Source of the DNA: Candidatus Saccharimonadota bacterium
GTDB taxonomy: Bacteria > Bacillota_I > Bacilli_A > Mycoplasmatales > Hepatoplasmataceae
DNA: 32,000 nucleotides
Direction of reading: 5' to 3'
Assembly: GCA_027925225.1 (NCBI GenBank)
Contig: AP027131.1
Span: 30,001-62,000 of the forward strand
In this document: piece by piece, positions 18,161 through 30,161 of the stretch
Layout: each line of letters begins with the position of its first letter
Position numbering within the stretch: position 1 is the first letter of the stretch
Notes under the pieces: model-generated
What the model was told of the DNA's origin: nothing
Databases searched by the model: none
What the model saw: only the letters and a program-made list of their open reading frames with translations
Position numbers and translations under genes: made by a program

Positions 18161-18661
18161 ATGATTTATTTAGTCAAAAAATTTAATGATTTAAATTCTA
18201 AGAAAAATGAAGATTATTTTTCTGATATTTTTATAGATAAAGATATTTTAAAAAATATTAATGAATTTTTTGAAATTGATAATTGAAAAAGAAAAAATAT
18301 AAAAGCACTTATTGGTTTTTTAAAAAGCAATAATATAGAAAAAAATATATTTTTTTATTATAAGAAATGAAATTCTAATATTGATCTTTTTTATAATGAA
18401 ATTATTCCAAAAATAGAAGAGTACAAATATAAATCAAATATAGAAGTAATTAAATTTTTAAAAGAAAAAAAATTTTTAAATGCTTATTCTATTTTTAAAA
18501 ATTTAGAAGAAGAAGAAAAATTTGGAACACTTATTGAGATTATAAAAATCTATGATTATTTTTCATTTTTAAAAGAAATTGATGAAGCCATTAATAATAA
18601 TTATTTAAGTTTAATACAAATTTATAATTCCTTAATATTTAAAATTTTTGGTGAAAAATAA
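18161..18661 (+). CDS. hypothetical protein in the holB/yabA syntenic slot (possible degenerate clamp-loader delta' or other replication accessory factor)
   Basis: Missing from the track because of 2 in-frame TGA codons. ATG 18161 is 1 nt after the tmk stop, and stop TAA 18659-18661 overlaps the rsmI ATG (TAATG). Length is 166 aa, with no P-loop, SRC motif or Cys. I checked the frame by hand and it is open. Confidence 0.45.
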
Positions 18662-19455
18662 TGAATAATGTTTACATTATTGCAACTCCAATTGGTAATT
18701 TGGATGATATTACCATTAGAGCATTAAATGTTTTAAAAAACATCAAATTTATATTTTGTGAAGACACAAGACATAGTAAAATTCTTTTTGAAAAATATAG
18801 TATTAAAAATAGAGAATTATATTCACTTAATAAATTTAATGAAAGTTCAAAAGAACTTTTAATTTTAAAAAAATTAAAGCAAGGTGATGTAGCAATAATT
18901 TCAGATGCTGGTACACCTACAATTTCAGACCCTGGACAATTTATTTTAAAAAAATTAAAAGAAAAAAACATAAATTTAATTCCTATTCCCGGTCCAAATT
19001 CAATAATAAGTGCTCTAAGTGCTTCGGGAGAAATTTATAAAAGTTTTTCTTTTCTTGGCTTTTTGCCAAAAACAAAAGAAAAAATAAAAAGTGCAATTTT
19101 TGAAAATATGCAAACTGATTTAAATATTTTTTTTGAATCTTCTAATAGAATAAAAAAAACATTGCAAATTTTAAAAGATGAATTTGGAGATTTTCCAATT
19201 ATTCTTGCAAAGGAAATAACAAAAAAATTTGAAAATATAAAAAAAGATAAACCCTCAAATTTTTTAAATGAATTAAATTTAAAGGGAGAATTTGTTCTAA
19301 TAATTAACAATAAAGAAATAAACAAGGATCAACAAATTAATTATTTAATTTCTAAATATAAAAATAAATTTACAACAAATAATGATTTAATTAATTATTT
19401 TGTACTTAAATATAATTTAAATAAAACTCAGTTATATAATATCTTTAAAAAATAG
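18661..19455 (+). CDS. rsmI: 16S rRNA (cytidine1402-2'-O)-methyltransferase RsmI
   Basis: N-terminus VYIIATPIGNLDDITIRALNVLKNIKFIFCEDTRHS and ISDAGTPTISDPG, typical of RsmI (tetrapyrrole-methylase fold). Confidence 0.9.
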   Translation: MNNVYIIATPIGNLDDITIRALNVLKNIKFIFCEDTRHSKILFEKYSIKNRELYSLNKFNESSKELLILKKLKQGDVAIISDAGTPTISDPGQFILKKLKEKNINLIPIPGPNSIISALSASGEIYKSFSFLGFLPKTKEKIKSAIFENMQTDLNIFFESSNRIKKTLQILKDEFGDFPIILAKEITKKFENIKKDKPSNFLNELNLKGEFVLIINNKEINKDQQINYLISKYKNKFTTNNDLINYFVLKYNLNKTQLYNIFKK

Positions 19456-19480
19456 TAATTTTTTAAATTTGTTTTTAGTT

Positions 19481-20410
19481 ATGAAAATTTATTATCCAGA
19501 ATTAAAAGAGAAAATTAAATTAAATTTTATAAATTATAATAACAAAGAATTATTTCAACCTTATCCAGGTTTAGATTTTTTTTATTTAAGATTAGATAAA
19601 TTAAATAATTTACATATTCCAAGTAATACTCAACTTTCTGAATTTTTAAATAAATTTAATGAAAGCGATATTTTGCCAAAATTAGGCGAAAGAAAATTAG
19701 AAGATTTAAAGCTTGAGCGAGGAGAGAAACTTCCTTCTATAGAATTAATGGTTAATGATTTTGGTTGAAATTGAATAAATTGAAATAGCAAAAAAGGTAA
19801 AAAAGTTCTTGAAAATTTAAAAAAAATTAATGAAAGAGATGAATTTATTTGATCAAATATTGATAAATCAACAAAAGATATTTTGGGAAAAATAAAATTA
19901 AAAGAATCTACAGATTATGGAATTAAAGTAGAATCTTCTTTTAATGATTATTTATTAAAAGATGATAATAATTTTTCAGACTATTCACAAGAAGTTAAAG
20001 ATATTTATGATTTATTAAAAAAAGATAATCTAATAGTGATTTCATTTAAAAATAAATTTTTACATCCAAAAGGAATATTTTGGGGAGAAATAGATTATGT
20101 TTTAATGAATAAAGAAACAAAAAAAATTCATCTTGCTGATTTGAAAACTTCTTATTCTGCAAACAATTATGATTATTGAAGACAACTTTCAATTTATTTA
20201 AAAGTATTTAAAGAGTTAAATAAACATCTTTTAAAAAATATAAGCGATGATGTTTATATTATTCATGTAAGTAAAATCAATAATAGAAATACTAAAAATT
20301 TATATAAAAAAAATATAAATGAAGATAATTTAAGTTATTTTGTAGATAATGCAATTGAATTAAAAAATAACTATATTAAACAACTTAAAAATTGGAATAA
20401 AAAAAGCTAA
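19481..20410 (+). CDS. PD-(D/E)XK nuclease family protein (RecB/Cas4-like motif set)
   Basis: Track ORFs 19469..19768 and 19883..20179 plus the tail join in one frame through 5 TGA codons, including GWNWINWN. Motifs are GEIDYVL (D 20093-20095), LADLKTS (D-x-K 20138-20146) and QLSIY (20183-20197). ATG 19481 is preferred over the track's TTG 19469. Confidence 0.7.
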
Positions 20411-20421
20411 TTTATTAAGGG

Positions 20422-20427
20422 TATAAT
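20422..20427 (+). promoter_or_regulatory. candidate -10 box (TATAAT) 7 nt upstream of tsaC ATG
   Basis: ATTAAGGGTATAATTTTATAAATG has the same TTAAGG(G)TATAAT context as upstream of recF. Confidence 0.3.
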
Positions 20428-20434
20428 TTTATAA

Positions 20435-20992
20435 ATGATTAAAAACAATAAATTTAATGTTAAAAAAATTTCTAAATATCTTTTAGATGATAAAGTGATT
20501 GTTTTTCCTACAGAAACTGTTTATGGAATTATTGGAATTGTAAACGATGAAAATAAAGAAAAAATAAATAAGATAAAAGGTAGAGATTTAAAGCAACAAT
20601 TACAGGTTACTTTTCCTAATTTAAGGGAAGCATATGAATGAATAAATGTTACACCTTATCAAAAATCAATTTTAGAACAAGAATTACCAGGAAATAAATC
20701 TTTTATTGTAAAAACTTCTGAATTAGGAAAAGAAAAAATAAAAGAAGCAACTATTTTAATAAGAGTTCCGTCAATAGTTTATGCAAAAAATTATGTTAAT
20801 TTACTTAAAATTGTTGGACCTATATATTCAACATCTGCAAATATACACAATGAAAAAGAGCTAAAAAAACATAAAGAAATTTTAGAAAAATTAAATGTAG
20901 ATTATGTAATAAAAGGCAAATATAAAAAAGAGCAAAAATCATCACAAATATTTTCTCTTGTTAATGATTCTGTTAAATTAATTAGGGGGTAA
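20435..20992 (+). CDS. tsaC: L-threonylcarbamoyladenylate synthase, TsaC/YrdC type
   Basis: [18 protein letters not shown] and YSTSAN motifs. Track ORF 20435..20641 continues through TGA 20639-20641 to TAA 20990-20992. Position upstream of glyA matches Bacillus ywlC. Confidence 0.85.
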
Positions 20993-20994
20993 TT

Positions 20995-22224
20995 ATGGAA
21001 GATAAAAAAGTAGAAAAATTAATTAATAACGAAGAAAAAAGACAAATGGATTTTGTGCAATTGATTGCTTCAGAAAATTTTGTTTCAAAAGATGTAATGA
21101 AGGCGACAGGCTCGGTTTTTACAAATAAGTATGCAGAAGGATATCCCAATGCTAGATATTATGGTGGTTGTGAAAACGTAGATAAACTTGAAGAACTTGC
21201 AATAGAAAGACTTAAAAAAATTTTTAATGCTAAATTTGCAAATGTTCAACCTCATTCTGGTGCACAAGCAAATATTGCAGCATATAATGCTATATTAAAA
21301 CCAGGTGATAAAATTTTAAGTATGTCTCTTAATTCTGGAGGTCATCTTACACATGGCCATTTTGTTTCAATTGTAGGTAAGTTTTACAAAATATTTTCAT
21401 ATGAAGTTAATAAAGAAACGGAACAATTAGATTATGAAGAAATAAGAAAAATTGCAAAAGAAGTAAAACCAAATTTAATAATTTGTGGTGCTTCAGCATA
21501 TTCAAGAATAATAGATTTTAAAAAATTTGTTGCAATTGCGAAAGAAGTAAACGCATATCTTCTTGCAGATATTGCTCATATTGCTGGTCTTATTGTTGCT
21601 GATTTACATCCAAATCCTTTGAATGATGGTGTTGACATTGTTACTTCAACAACACATAAAACACTTAGAGGAGCAAGAGGAGGAATTATTTTAACAAATA
21701 ACCCCGAACTTGCAATTTTATTAGATAAATCAGTTTTTCCCGGAACACAAGGTGGACCCTTAATGAATGTAATTGCTGGTAAAACAGTTTCCTTTTATGA
21801 GGCGTCACTTCCTAGTTTTAAAGAATATCAAAAAAATATAATTTCAAATGCAAATGTTATGGCAAATTTTTTTATTCAAAAAGGAGTTAAAATAATTTCC
21901 GGAGGTACAGATAATCACCTTCTTATGATTAATACTAAAAAAAGTTTTAATAAAACCGGAAAGGAAGCAGAAGAAATTTTATATAAGGTAAATATTATAG
22001 TAAATAAAAATGCTATTCCTTTTGATGAAGAAAGGCCAATTGTAACTTCTGGAATAAGAATTGGAACACCAGCAATGACAACACTTGGTTGAAGAAATAA
22101 AGAGTTCTTGAAAATAGCAGAAGTAATTTATAATGTTTTAAAAAATGATGATAATATTTCTATTAAAAAAAATAAACAAATTGTAATTGATTTATTAAAA
22201 GAAGGAAAAAATGAAAAATATTAA
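20995..22224 (+). CDS. glyA: serine hydroxymethyltransferase
   Basis: [35 protein letters not shown] and [14 protein letters not shown] (PLP Lys). TGA 22090-22092 reads through to TAA 22222-22224. Confidence 0.96.
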
Positions 22225-22843
22225 TTTGATAGAACATCCACTTGCGCAAGATAAGCTTGCATCTCTAAGGAGCGAAGAAACATCATCGAAAGAATTTAGA
22301 GAATATTTAGAAGAACTTTCTGTACTTATTGCTTATGAAGTATTTAAAGATCTTAAAGTGAAAGAGGAAAAAATAATAACACCACTTTCAAAAACAACAG
22401 GTAAAAAAATAAATGAAGAAATTAATTTATTTCCAATTTTGCGTGCAGGGCAAGGTTTCGTTTCTGGTTTTTTAAATGTTGTTCCAAAAGCAAGAGTTGG
22501 CCATATTGGACTTTATAGAGATGAAAAAACTTTAAAACCTGTGCAATATTTATTTAAATACCCTAAAAACAAAAATATAGAAAAAACTTATAACATTCTT
22601 TTAGATCCTATAATTGCAACAGGTGGTTCAATAAGAGCTGCACTTAAAATTTTAGAGAATATAAATCTTAAAAATATAAAAGTAGTTGCAATAATTTCTG
22701 TTAAAGATACAATAGAAAAATTAGCAAAAGATTATCCAAATATTAATTTTTATTTAATTGCGATTGATAAAAAGTTAGATAAAAAAGGTTATATAATTCC
22801 AGGTCTTGGTGATGCTGGAGATAGAATTTATGGTACTAAATAA
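22211..22843 (+). CDS. upp: uracil phosphoribosyltransferase
   Basis: HPLAQDKLASLR, ILRAG, LLDPIIATGGS (PRPP loop) and YIIPGLGDAGDRIYGTK. Overlaps glyA by 14 nt. Confidence 0.95.
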   Translation: MKNINLIEHPLAQDKLASLRSEETSSKEFREYLEELSVLIAYEVFKDLKVKEEKIITPLSKTTGKKINEEINLFPILRAGQGFVSGFLNVVPKARVGHIGLYRDEKTLKPVQYLFKYPKNKNIEKTYNILLDPIIATGGSIRAALKILENINLKNIKVVAIISVKDTIEKLAKDYPNINFYLIAIDKKLDKKGYIIPGLGDAGDRIYGTK

Positions 22844-23288
22844 AGAAAAACCAGGAAATGATCATTTTAAAAAGATTATTATTATTTCAATTTTTCTTTT
22901 TTTGGTTTTTTTAATTATTAGTTTATTTTTATTGTTTGTTAGTCCATATTTTCTTTATGGATGTTTATATGGAGGAGGCTTTTTATTTCTTTCTTTATTT
23001 TTTATTTTATTAATTCAAAGATACATTACATTTAAAAAGCATCCTTATTTATATATTTTTTCAATTCTTTTAATAAGATCAATTATACTTGTTGGATCAA
23101 TGATTCTTCTTTTTCTTGTAATAAATGTAGACGGAAAGGATAGTATTGATTTAACTTTAAAACCAGTAGATTTTTATTTTTACTTTATAGTTTACCTTTT
23201 TTACAATTTAAGTAATTTTCTTGTAATTATATTTGATAGAATAATATTAAAAGTTTCAAAGAAATCAAATCATAATGGATCACGTTAA
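22830..23288 (+). CDS. atpI: small polytopic membrane protein in the AtpI position
   Basis: About 4 hydrophobic segments, located directly upstream of and overlapping atpB, as for atpI in Firmicutes. No diagnostic motif. The start is uncertain (ATG 22812 or 22830; the track uses TTG 22806). Confidence 0.5.
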   Translation: MVLNKEKPGNDHFKKIIIISIFLFLVFLIISLFLLFVSPYFLYGCLYGGGFLFLSLFFILLIQRYITFKKHPYLYIFSILLIRSIILVGSMILLFLVINVDGKDSIDLTLKPVDFYFYFIVYLFYNLSNFLVIIFDRIILKVSKKSNHNGSR

Positions 23289-24039
23289 AGATATTCCTGT
23301 ACAATTTTGAGCACTAATATGAACTGTAATTATTGTTACAATTTTTTCATTTTTTATTTGATTTAAAATAAAAAAACAAGATCCAGAGAAAACTCCCAGT
23401 AAGATTATTATTATTTTTGAAATGTATGTTACTGGTTTTAATAATTTAATGAAGGGAATTACGGGTGGTAAACTTGAAAAGGCTTATCCTTATCTTTTTA
23501 CATTATTTAATTTTATTCTTTGAAGTTCCTTTATTTCCTTATTAGGTTTTGAGCCAGCAACAAGTTCTATAGCATTTACTTTTACAATAGGCTTTCTTAC
23601 TTTTTTGGGAATTTATATTGTCGGAATCGGAACTATGGGTTTTTTTCATTTTTTAAAACATAAATATAAAAATCCCACTGAAATTTTTACACAATTCGCT
23701 CCTCTTATTTCTATTTCGGTTCGTCTATTTGGGGCTACTGTTGCAACAGCGGTAATAGGTGATTTAGTTGTTATCATTCTTGCAAATCTTACATCAGCAA
23801 CTTCACATGCTGCTGATATTTATCCCATTGTTTCTGTATTTTGATCTTGAGCTTGAACTTTTATTGATTCATTTTTCTCACTTGTTGAAGCTTTTGTTTT
23901 TGTTGTACTTACTGCAATTTATTGATCCCAAGAATATGGGCCTTCATGAAGTTGAAGCGAAAGAAAAAAACATTACAAAGCAGAGAAAGAATTAAAAAAA
24001 CAAATTAAAAAAGAAAATAAAAAGAAAATTGAGAGTTAA
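23275..24039 (+). CDS. atpB: F0F1 ATP synthase subunit a
   Basis: ISISVRLFGATVA (essential Arg) and EAFVFVVLTAIYW. The track shows only 23605..23844. Full frame from ATG 23275 reads through about 10 TGA codons to TAA 24037-24039, and I saw no TAA or TAG on hand translation. Confidence 0.88.
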
Positions 24040-24094
24040 AAGATTGTTTTAAGGTGTAAAATAAAATTAAATAATTTTTTAAAAGGAGAAAAAA

Positions 24095-24478
24095 ATGTTA
24101 AAGAAAAAAACAAATTATTTGACTGTGGTTTCAGTTTTGGTTGCCTTTGCTGGGGTTGCAATTTTAATTTATAGTTTAGTAAATGCTATTTTTGCAGATG
24201 TAAGTCAACAAGTTTTTGCTACTTCAAATTCAGTTGGAAATAGTGAAACTATTTCTGATGATGGTATGAAATATATTGGTATGGGATTAGCATGTACTGG
24301 TTTTCTTGGTGCAGGTATTGGACAAGGGCATGCAGCAGGAAGAGCAGCAGAAGGAGTTTCTCGTAATCCAGAAGCTGAAGGTAAAATAAGAAATATGATG
24401 ATTGTTGGTGCTGCAATTGCTGAAACAAGTGCGCTTTATTCATTAGTTATAGCAATCCTTATTGGTTTTGTTATTTAA
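24095..24478 (+). CDS. atpE: F0F1 ATP synthase subunit c
   Basis: AAGGAG SD. GAGIGQGHAAGRAAEGVSRNPEA and AIAETSALYSLVIAIL (proton-binding Glu). Has an extra N-terminal hydrophobic segment of about 50 aa. Confidence 0.93.
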   Translation: MLKKKTNYLTVVSVLVAFAGVAILIYSLVNAIFADVSQQVFATSNSVGNSETISDDGMKYIGMGLACTGFLGAGIGQGHAAGRAAEGVSRNPEAEGKIRNMMIVGAAIAETSALYSLVIAILIGFVI

Positions 24479-24489
24479 GAAAATTTGAT

Positions 24490-25041
24490 ATGAATTTATT
24501 TTTACACAATGTTAGTATGTCAGTTACAAGTGGTGCTGATTCATTAAGTGAGGGTTTATGACCTTCAATTTGAATGTCCATTGCTACTTTCTTGTCACTT
24601 ATTGTAATGTTTTTAATAATTACAAAATTACTTTATTTTCCAATTAAGAATCTTTTAGAGCAAAGACAAGCAAAAATAAAAAGAGAATTAGATGAAGCTT
24701 CAAAAATGAATGAAGATTCTTATAAAACTTCAGAGAAAATTAAAGAAGAATTTAAACAAGCAAAAATTGAAAAAGATCAAATCATAGATTCTTCTAAAGA
24801 AGAAGCCGATGTTTTAAAAAAAGAAATATTGGAGAAAGCAAAAATAGATGCAGAAAATCTTCTTAAAAATGGTAGAGAATCTTTAAATAGAGAAAAAATT
24901 GAGACATGAAATAAAATGAAAAATGAACTTTCATCACTTTCTATTGAATTAGCAGAAAAAATTTTAGAAGATAAAATTAATGCAAAAACAGAAAAAAAAT
25001 TAATTGATGACTTTTTAAAAAATTTAAATAATGAAAAATAA
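24490..25041 (+). CDS. atpF: F0F1 ATP synthase subunit b
   Basis: One TM helix followed by a long charged helix, in the canonical operon position. ATG 24490 lies upstream of track ORF 24574..24909 in the same frame through 2 TGA codons, and TGA 24907-24909 reads through to TAA 25039-25041. Confidence 0.85.
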
Positions 25042-25564
25042 TCTTGAAGCTTATGTAAAATCAATTTATGAACTTGGAAAAGAAACAAAATCCCTTTCTT
25101 TGTTTATTGGTTATGCAAAAAGCCTTGATAACCTGTTTAAAACAGATCAAGATTTTTTAGATTTTCTTTCAGATCCTAATATAAAAATAGAAAAAAAAGA
25201 AAATTTTTTAAATAGTATTTTCCAATCTAAAAAATCACTTTTTTTTAAAAATTGATTATTAATTCTTATAGAAAAAAGATTAATTAGAAGATTAGATTTA
25301 ATGCTTTTAAGGTTTATTAATTTATATAATAAAGAAAATGAAATTTTAGAAGGGGTAATTTGAACAACTCACAAACTTTCTCAAAAGGAAATAAGTGAAA
25401 TAAAAAAAAGTTTCGAAAAAAAATTTAAAAAGAATGTTTTTCTTATAAATAAAATTGATCTCTCTCTTTTAAGTGGAATTAGAGTAGAAATAGAAAGTAA
25501 CATTTGAGAAAATAGTATGAAAAGTAATTTAGATTTAATGCTAGATAAATTACTTAATACATAG
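25031..25564 (+). CDS. atpH: F0F1 ATP synthase subunit delta
   Basis: Operon position between atpF and atpA, 177 aa. The C-terminal IDLSLLSGIRVEIESNIWENSMKSNL resembles the OSCP-family end. Track ORF 25031..25255 extends through 3 TGA codons to TAG 25562-25564. Confidence 0.82.
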
Positions 25565-25574
25565 GAGTAAAGAG

Positions 25575-27080
25575 ATGGCTGAATTAGATATATCAACAAT
25601 AATAAAAGAAAAAATTAAGAATTATAAAAAAGAAATAAGAAAAACAAGTGAAGGAAAAGTTATTTCTGTTTCTGATGGAATTGCAAATTTGGTAGGTATT
25701 GAAGATACAATGCTCTCTGAGCTTTTGCTCTTTCCTAATAATGTTTATGGAATGGCTCTTAGTTTAGAAGAAGATATGATAGGAGCAATTTTGCTTGGAG
25801 AATATTCTTCTGTAAATCAAGGAGATAAAGTTTTAAGAACAGGAAAAATTACTTCTGTTCCTGTTGGAGATGAATTGCTTGGTAGAGTTGTAAATTCTTT
25901 AGGAGAAGCAGTTGATGGGAAAGGCGCTATTAAAACAAAAACAAGAAGGGAAACTGAACTTGTTGCACCAGGAATAATGACAAGAGAAAGTGTCTCTGAA
26001 CCGTTAGAAACTGGTATTTTAGCAATAGATTCAATGATTCCTATTGGTAAAGGTCAACGTGAACTTATAATAGGTGATCGTAAAACTGGTAAAACCGCAA
26101 TTGTTATAGATACAATAATAAATCAAAAAGGCAAAAATGTAAAATGTGTTTATGTTTCTATAGGACAAAAAAATTCAACACTTGCAGTTACTGCACAAAA
26201 ATTAATTGCTCATGGAGCAATGGATTATACAACAATAGTTTCAGCTAATTCTTCAGATTCTGATGCAATGCAATTTATTGCACCCTATGCTGGTATTGCA
26301 ATAGCAGAAGAATGAATGTCAAAAGGCGATGATGTACTAATAGTTTTTGATGATCTTTCAAAACATGCAGTTGCCTATCGTACAATTTCTTTACTTCTTA
26401 GAAGACCTCCGGGAAGAGAAGCTTACCCGGGAGATGTTTTTTATTTACATTCAAAACTTCTTGAAAGAGCTGCTAAACTAAATAAAAAATATGGTGGTGG
26501 TTCAATTACTGCTCTTCCTATTATTGAAACACAAGCAGGTGATATTTCTGCTTATATTCCAACAAATGTTATTTCAATTACTGATGGTCAAATTTTTTTA
26601 ATGACTGATGCTTTTAATTCTGGACAGAGACCAGCTGTTGATTCTGGATTTTCAGTTTCTAGGGTTGGATCTGCTGCGCAAACTTCTCTTATAAAACAAT
26701 TATCTTCAGCATTAAAATTACAACTTGCAAGTTATGAAGAAATGAAATCCTTTTCAGAATTTGCTTCTGATTTAGATGCAGAAACAAAGGAAATTTTAGA
26801 AACCGGAGAAAAGGTTATGGAAATTTTAAAACAGCCACAATATTCTCCTTATTCTATGCAAGAACAAGCAATGTTTTTATTTTTAATAAATGAGAATATG
26901 CTTTCTTCATTGCAATTAAGTGAAATGAAGAAATTTAAAGAAGAATTCTTAAAAGAAATTCATTCTTCAAAAAGTTTTAAATTTTATATGGATGTAATGA
27001 AAAATGGAGAAAAATTAGTAGATTCTTCTAAAGATAAATTGAAAAAACAACTTACTAGTTTTATAGAAAGATTTAAGTAA
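25575..27080 (+). CDS. atpA: F0F1 ATP synthase subunit alpha
   Basis: [11 protein letters not shown]-loop, [27 protein letters not shown] and ITDGQIFL. Track ORFs 25575..26315 and 26316..27080 are contiguous across TGA 26313-26315. Confidence 0.97.
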
Positions 27081-27901
27081 TGGCTACTATAAGAGAAATT
27101 GGTGAAAAAAAAAGACTTATTGGTTCAATAAACAAAATTACAAAAGCAATGGAACTTGTTGCTATTTCTAAATCTAGGAAAGCCCTTGAATTGCTTTTGC
27201 AATATCGTTCATTTTATCAAGAAATTTATAATTTAGTTTTAAAAACAATTTCAACAGATGAAGAAAAAAAAGATTATAAAGGAACATATTGAATTGTATT
27301 TTTTTCTGATTTGGGTCTTGCAGGTGGTTTTAACTCTAATATTATGAGACTTATTAATAGTAAAATTAAAAATGAAGATGTTATTTATATAGTAGGTAAT
27401 AAAGGAGAAACCCTAAAAAGGACAAATGCAAAAGAGATATATTCAGTAATAAGTGAGGATTTTATGCAAGTTGTAGAAGAAATTACAGAAAATGTTTTAA
27501 ATTATCACTTTACAAAAAATTATCAAATAAAAGCCATTTATACAAAATACATCTCTCAATTAGAGTTTGTTCCTGAAGAGATATCTATTTTACCTTTTCA
27601 AGAAATATTAAAAAATGAATTAGAACCCAAAGAGGAAATTCCGAAGCAAATAGAATTTGAACCAAGCAAAGAAGAATTATTTTTTAATATTGTTGAAACT
27701 TATGTTCAGTCTGTTCTTGTTGGATTTTATAGAGAAGCAAAAGTTTCTGAACATACTTCTAGAAGAATCGCAATGGAAAACGCAACTAATAATGGGGAAG
27801 ATATGTTACGAGAATTATCAATTCTTTATAATAGAGTGAGACAAACAAAAATAACACAAGAAATTTCAGAAATTATAGGAGGAGCAGAAGCTTTAAATTA
27901 A
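27080..27901 (+). CDS. atpG: F0F1 ATP synthase subunit gamma
   Basis: IGSINKITKAMELVAISK N-terminus, SDLGLAGGFNSN and C-terminal NRVRQTKITQEISEIIGGAEAL. Fragments join through TGA 27290-27292. The start overlaps the atpA stop (TAATG). Confidence 0.93.
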
Positions 27902-29909
<2,008 letters not shown>

Positions 29910-29921
29910 TATTATTTAATT

Positions 29922-30155
29922 ATGATTATTTCTTTAAGTGCTAATGGTTGAGCAGTTTTTTTTGTTTTCCTTGTTGCTTTCGTTGTTATTGCAATTGTTT
30001 TTTCTAATATTGATTGAGCACATTTTATTAAAAAAGAAAGTAGACAAACTTGAGTTGCAGTGATTATTTGAATGGTTGCTTCTTTTATTGTTGCAACATT
30101 ATTAACCTTTGGAATATTTATGATAGAAGGCGCAATAGATTCTGCTGTAGGATAA
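29922..30155 (+). CDS. small hydrophobic protein, 77 aa, two predicted TM helices
   Basis: Absent from the track because of 4 in-frame TGA codons. It is packed between atpC (12-nt gap) and secA (6-nt gap). Sequence: MIISLSANGWAVFFVFLVAFVVIAIVFSNIDWAHFIKKESRQTWVAVIIWMVASFIVATLLTFGIFMIEGAIDSAVG. Confidence 0.55.
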
Positions 30156-30161
30156 AATAAA

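Noticed and set aside
19469-19480. TTG starts used by the ORF track at 19469, 22806 and 3344.
   Set aside because: 3344 is internal to mgtE. For the other two, an in-frame ATG lies a few codons downstream (19481; 22812 or 22830) and is more plausible. None of the TTG sites has a better SD.
18661-20410. rsmI followed directly by a PD-(D/E)XK nuclease could be misread as a methyltransferase-endonuclease (R-M) pair.
   Set aside because: The methyltransferase has the RsmI/tetrapyrrole-methylase signature (ATPIGNLDDIT...CEDTR) and sits in its conserved syntenic position. It is an rRNA 2'-O-methyltransferase, not a DNA methyltransferase.
11614-20410. The idea that the three nuclease-fold genes (DUF2130-like, GIY-YIG, PD-(D/E)XK) form one defence island or system.
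   Set aside because: They are separated by serS and by the ffs-dnaX-recR-tmk-rsmI block, lie on different strands or in different transcription units, and have no shared flanking repeats or partner ATPase/methylase genes. They are treated as independent loci.
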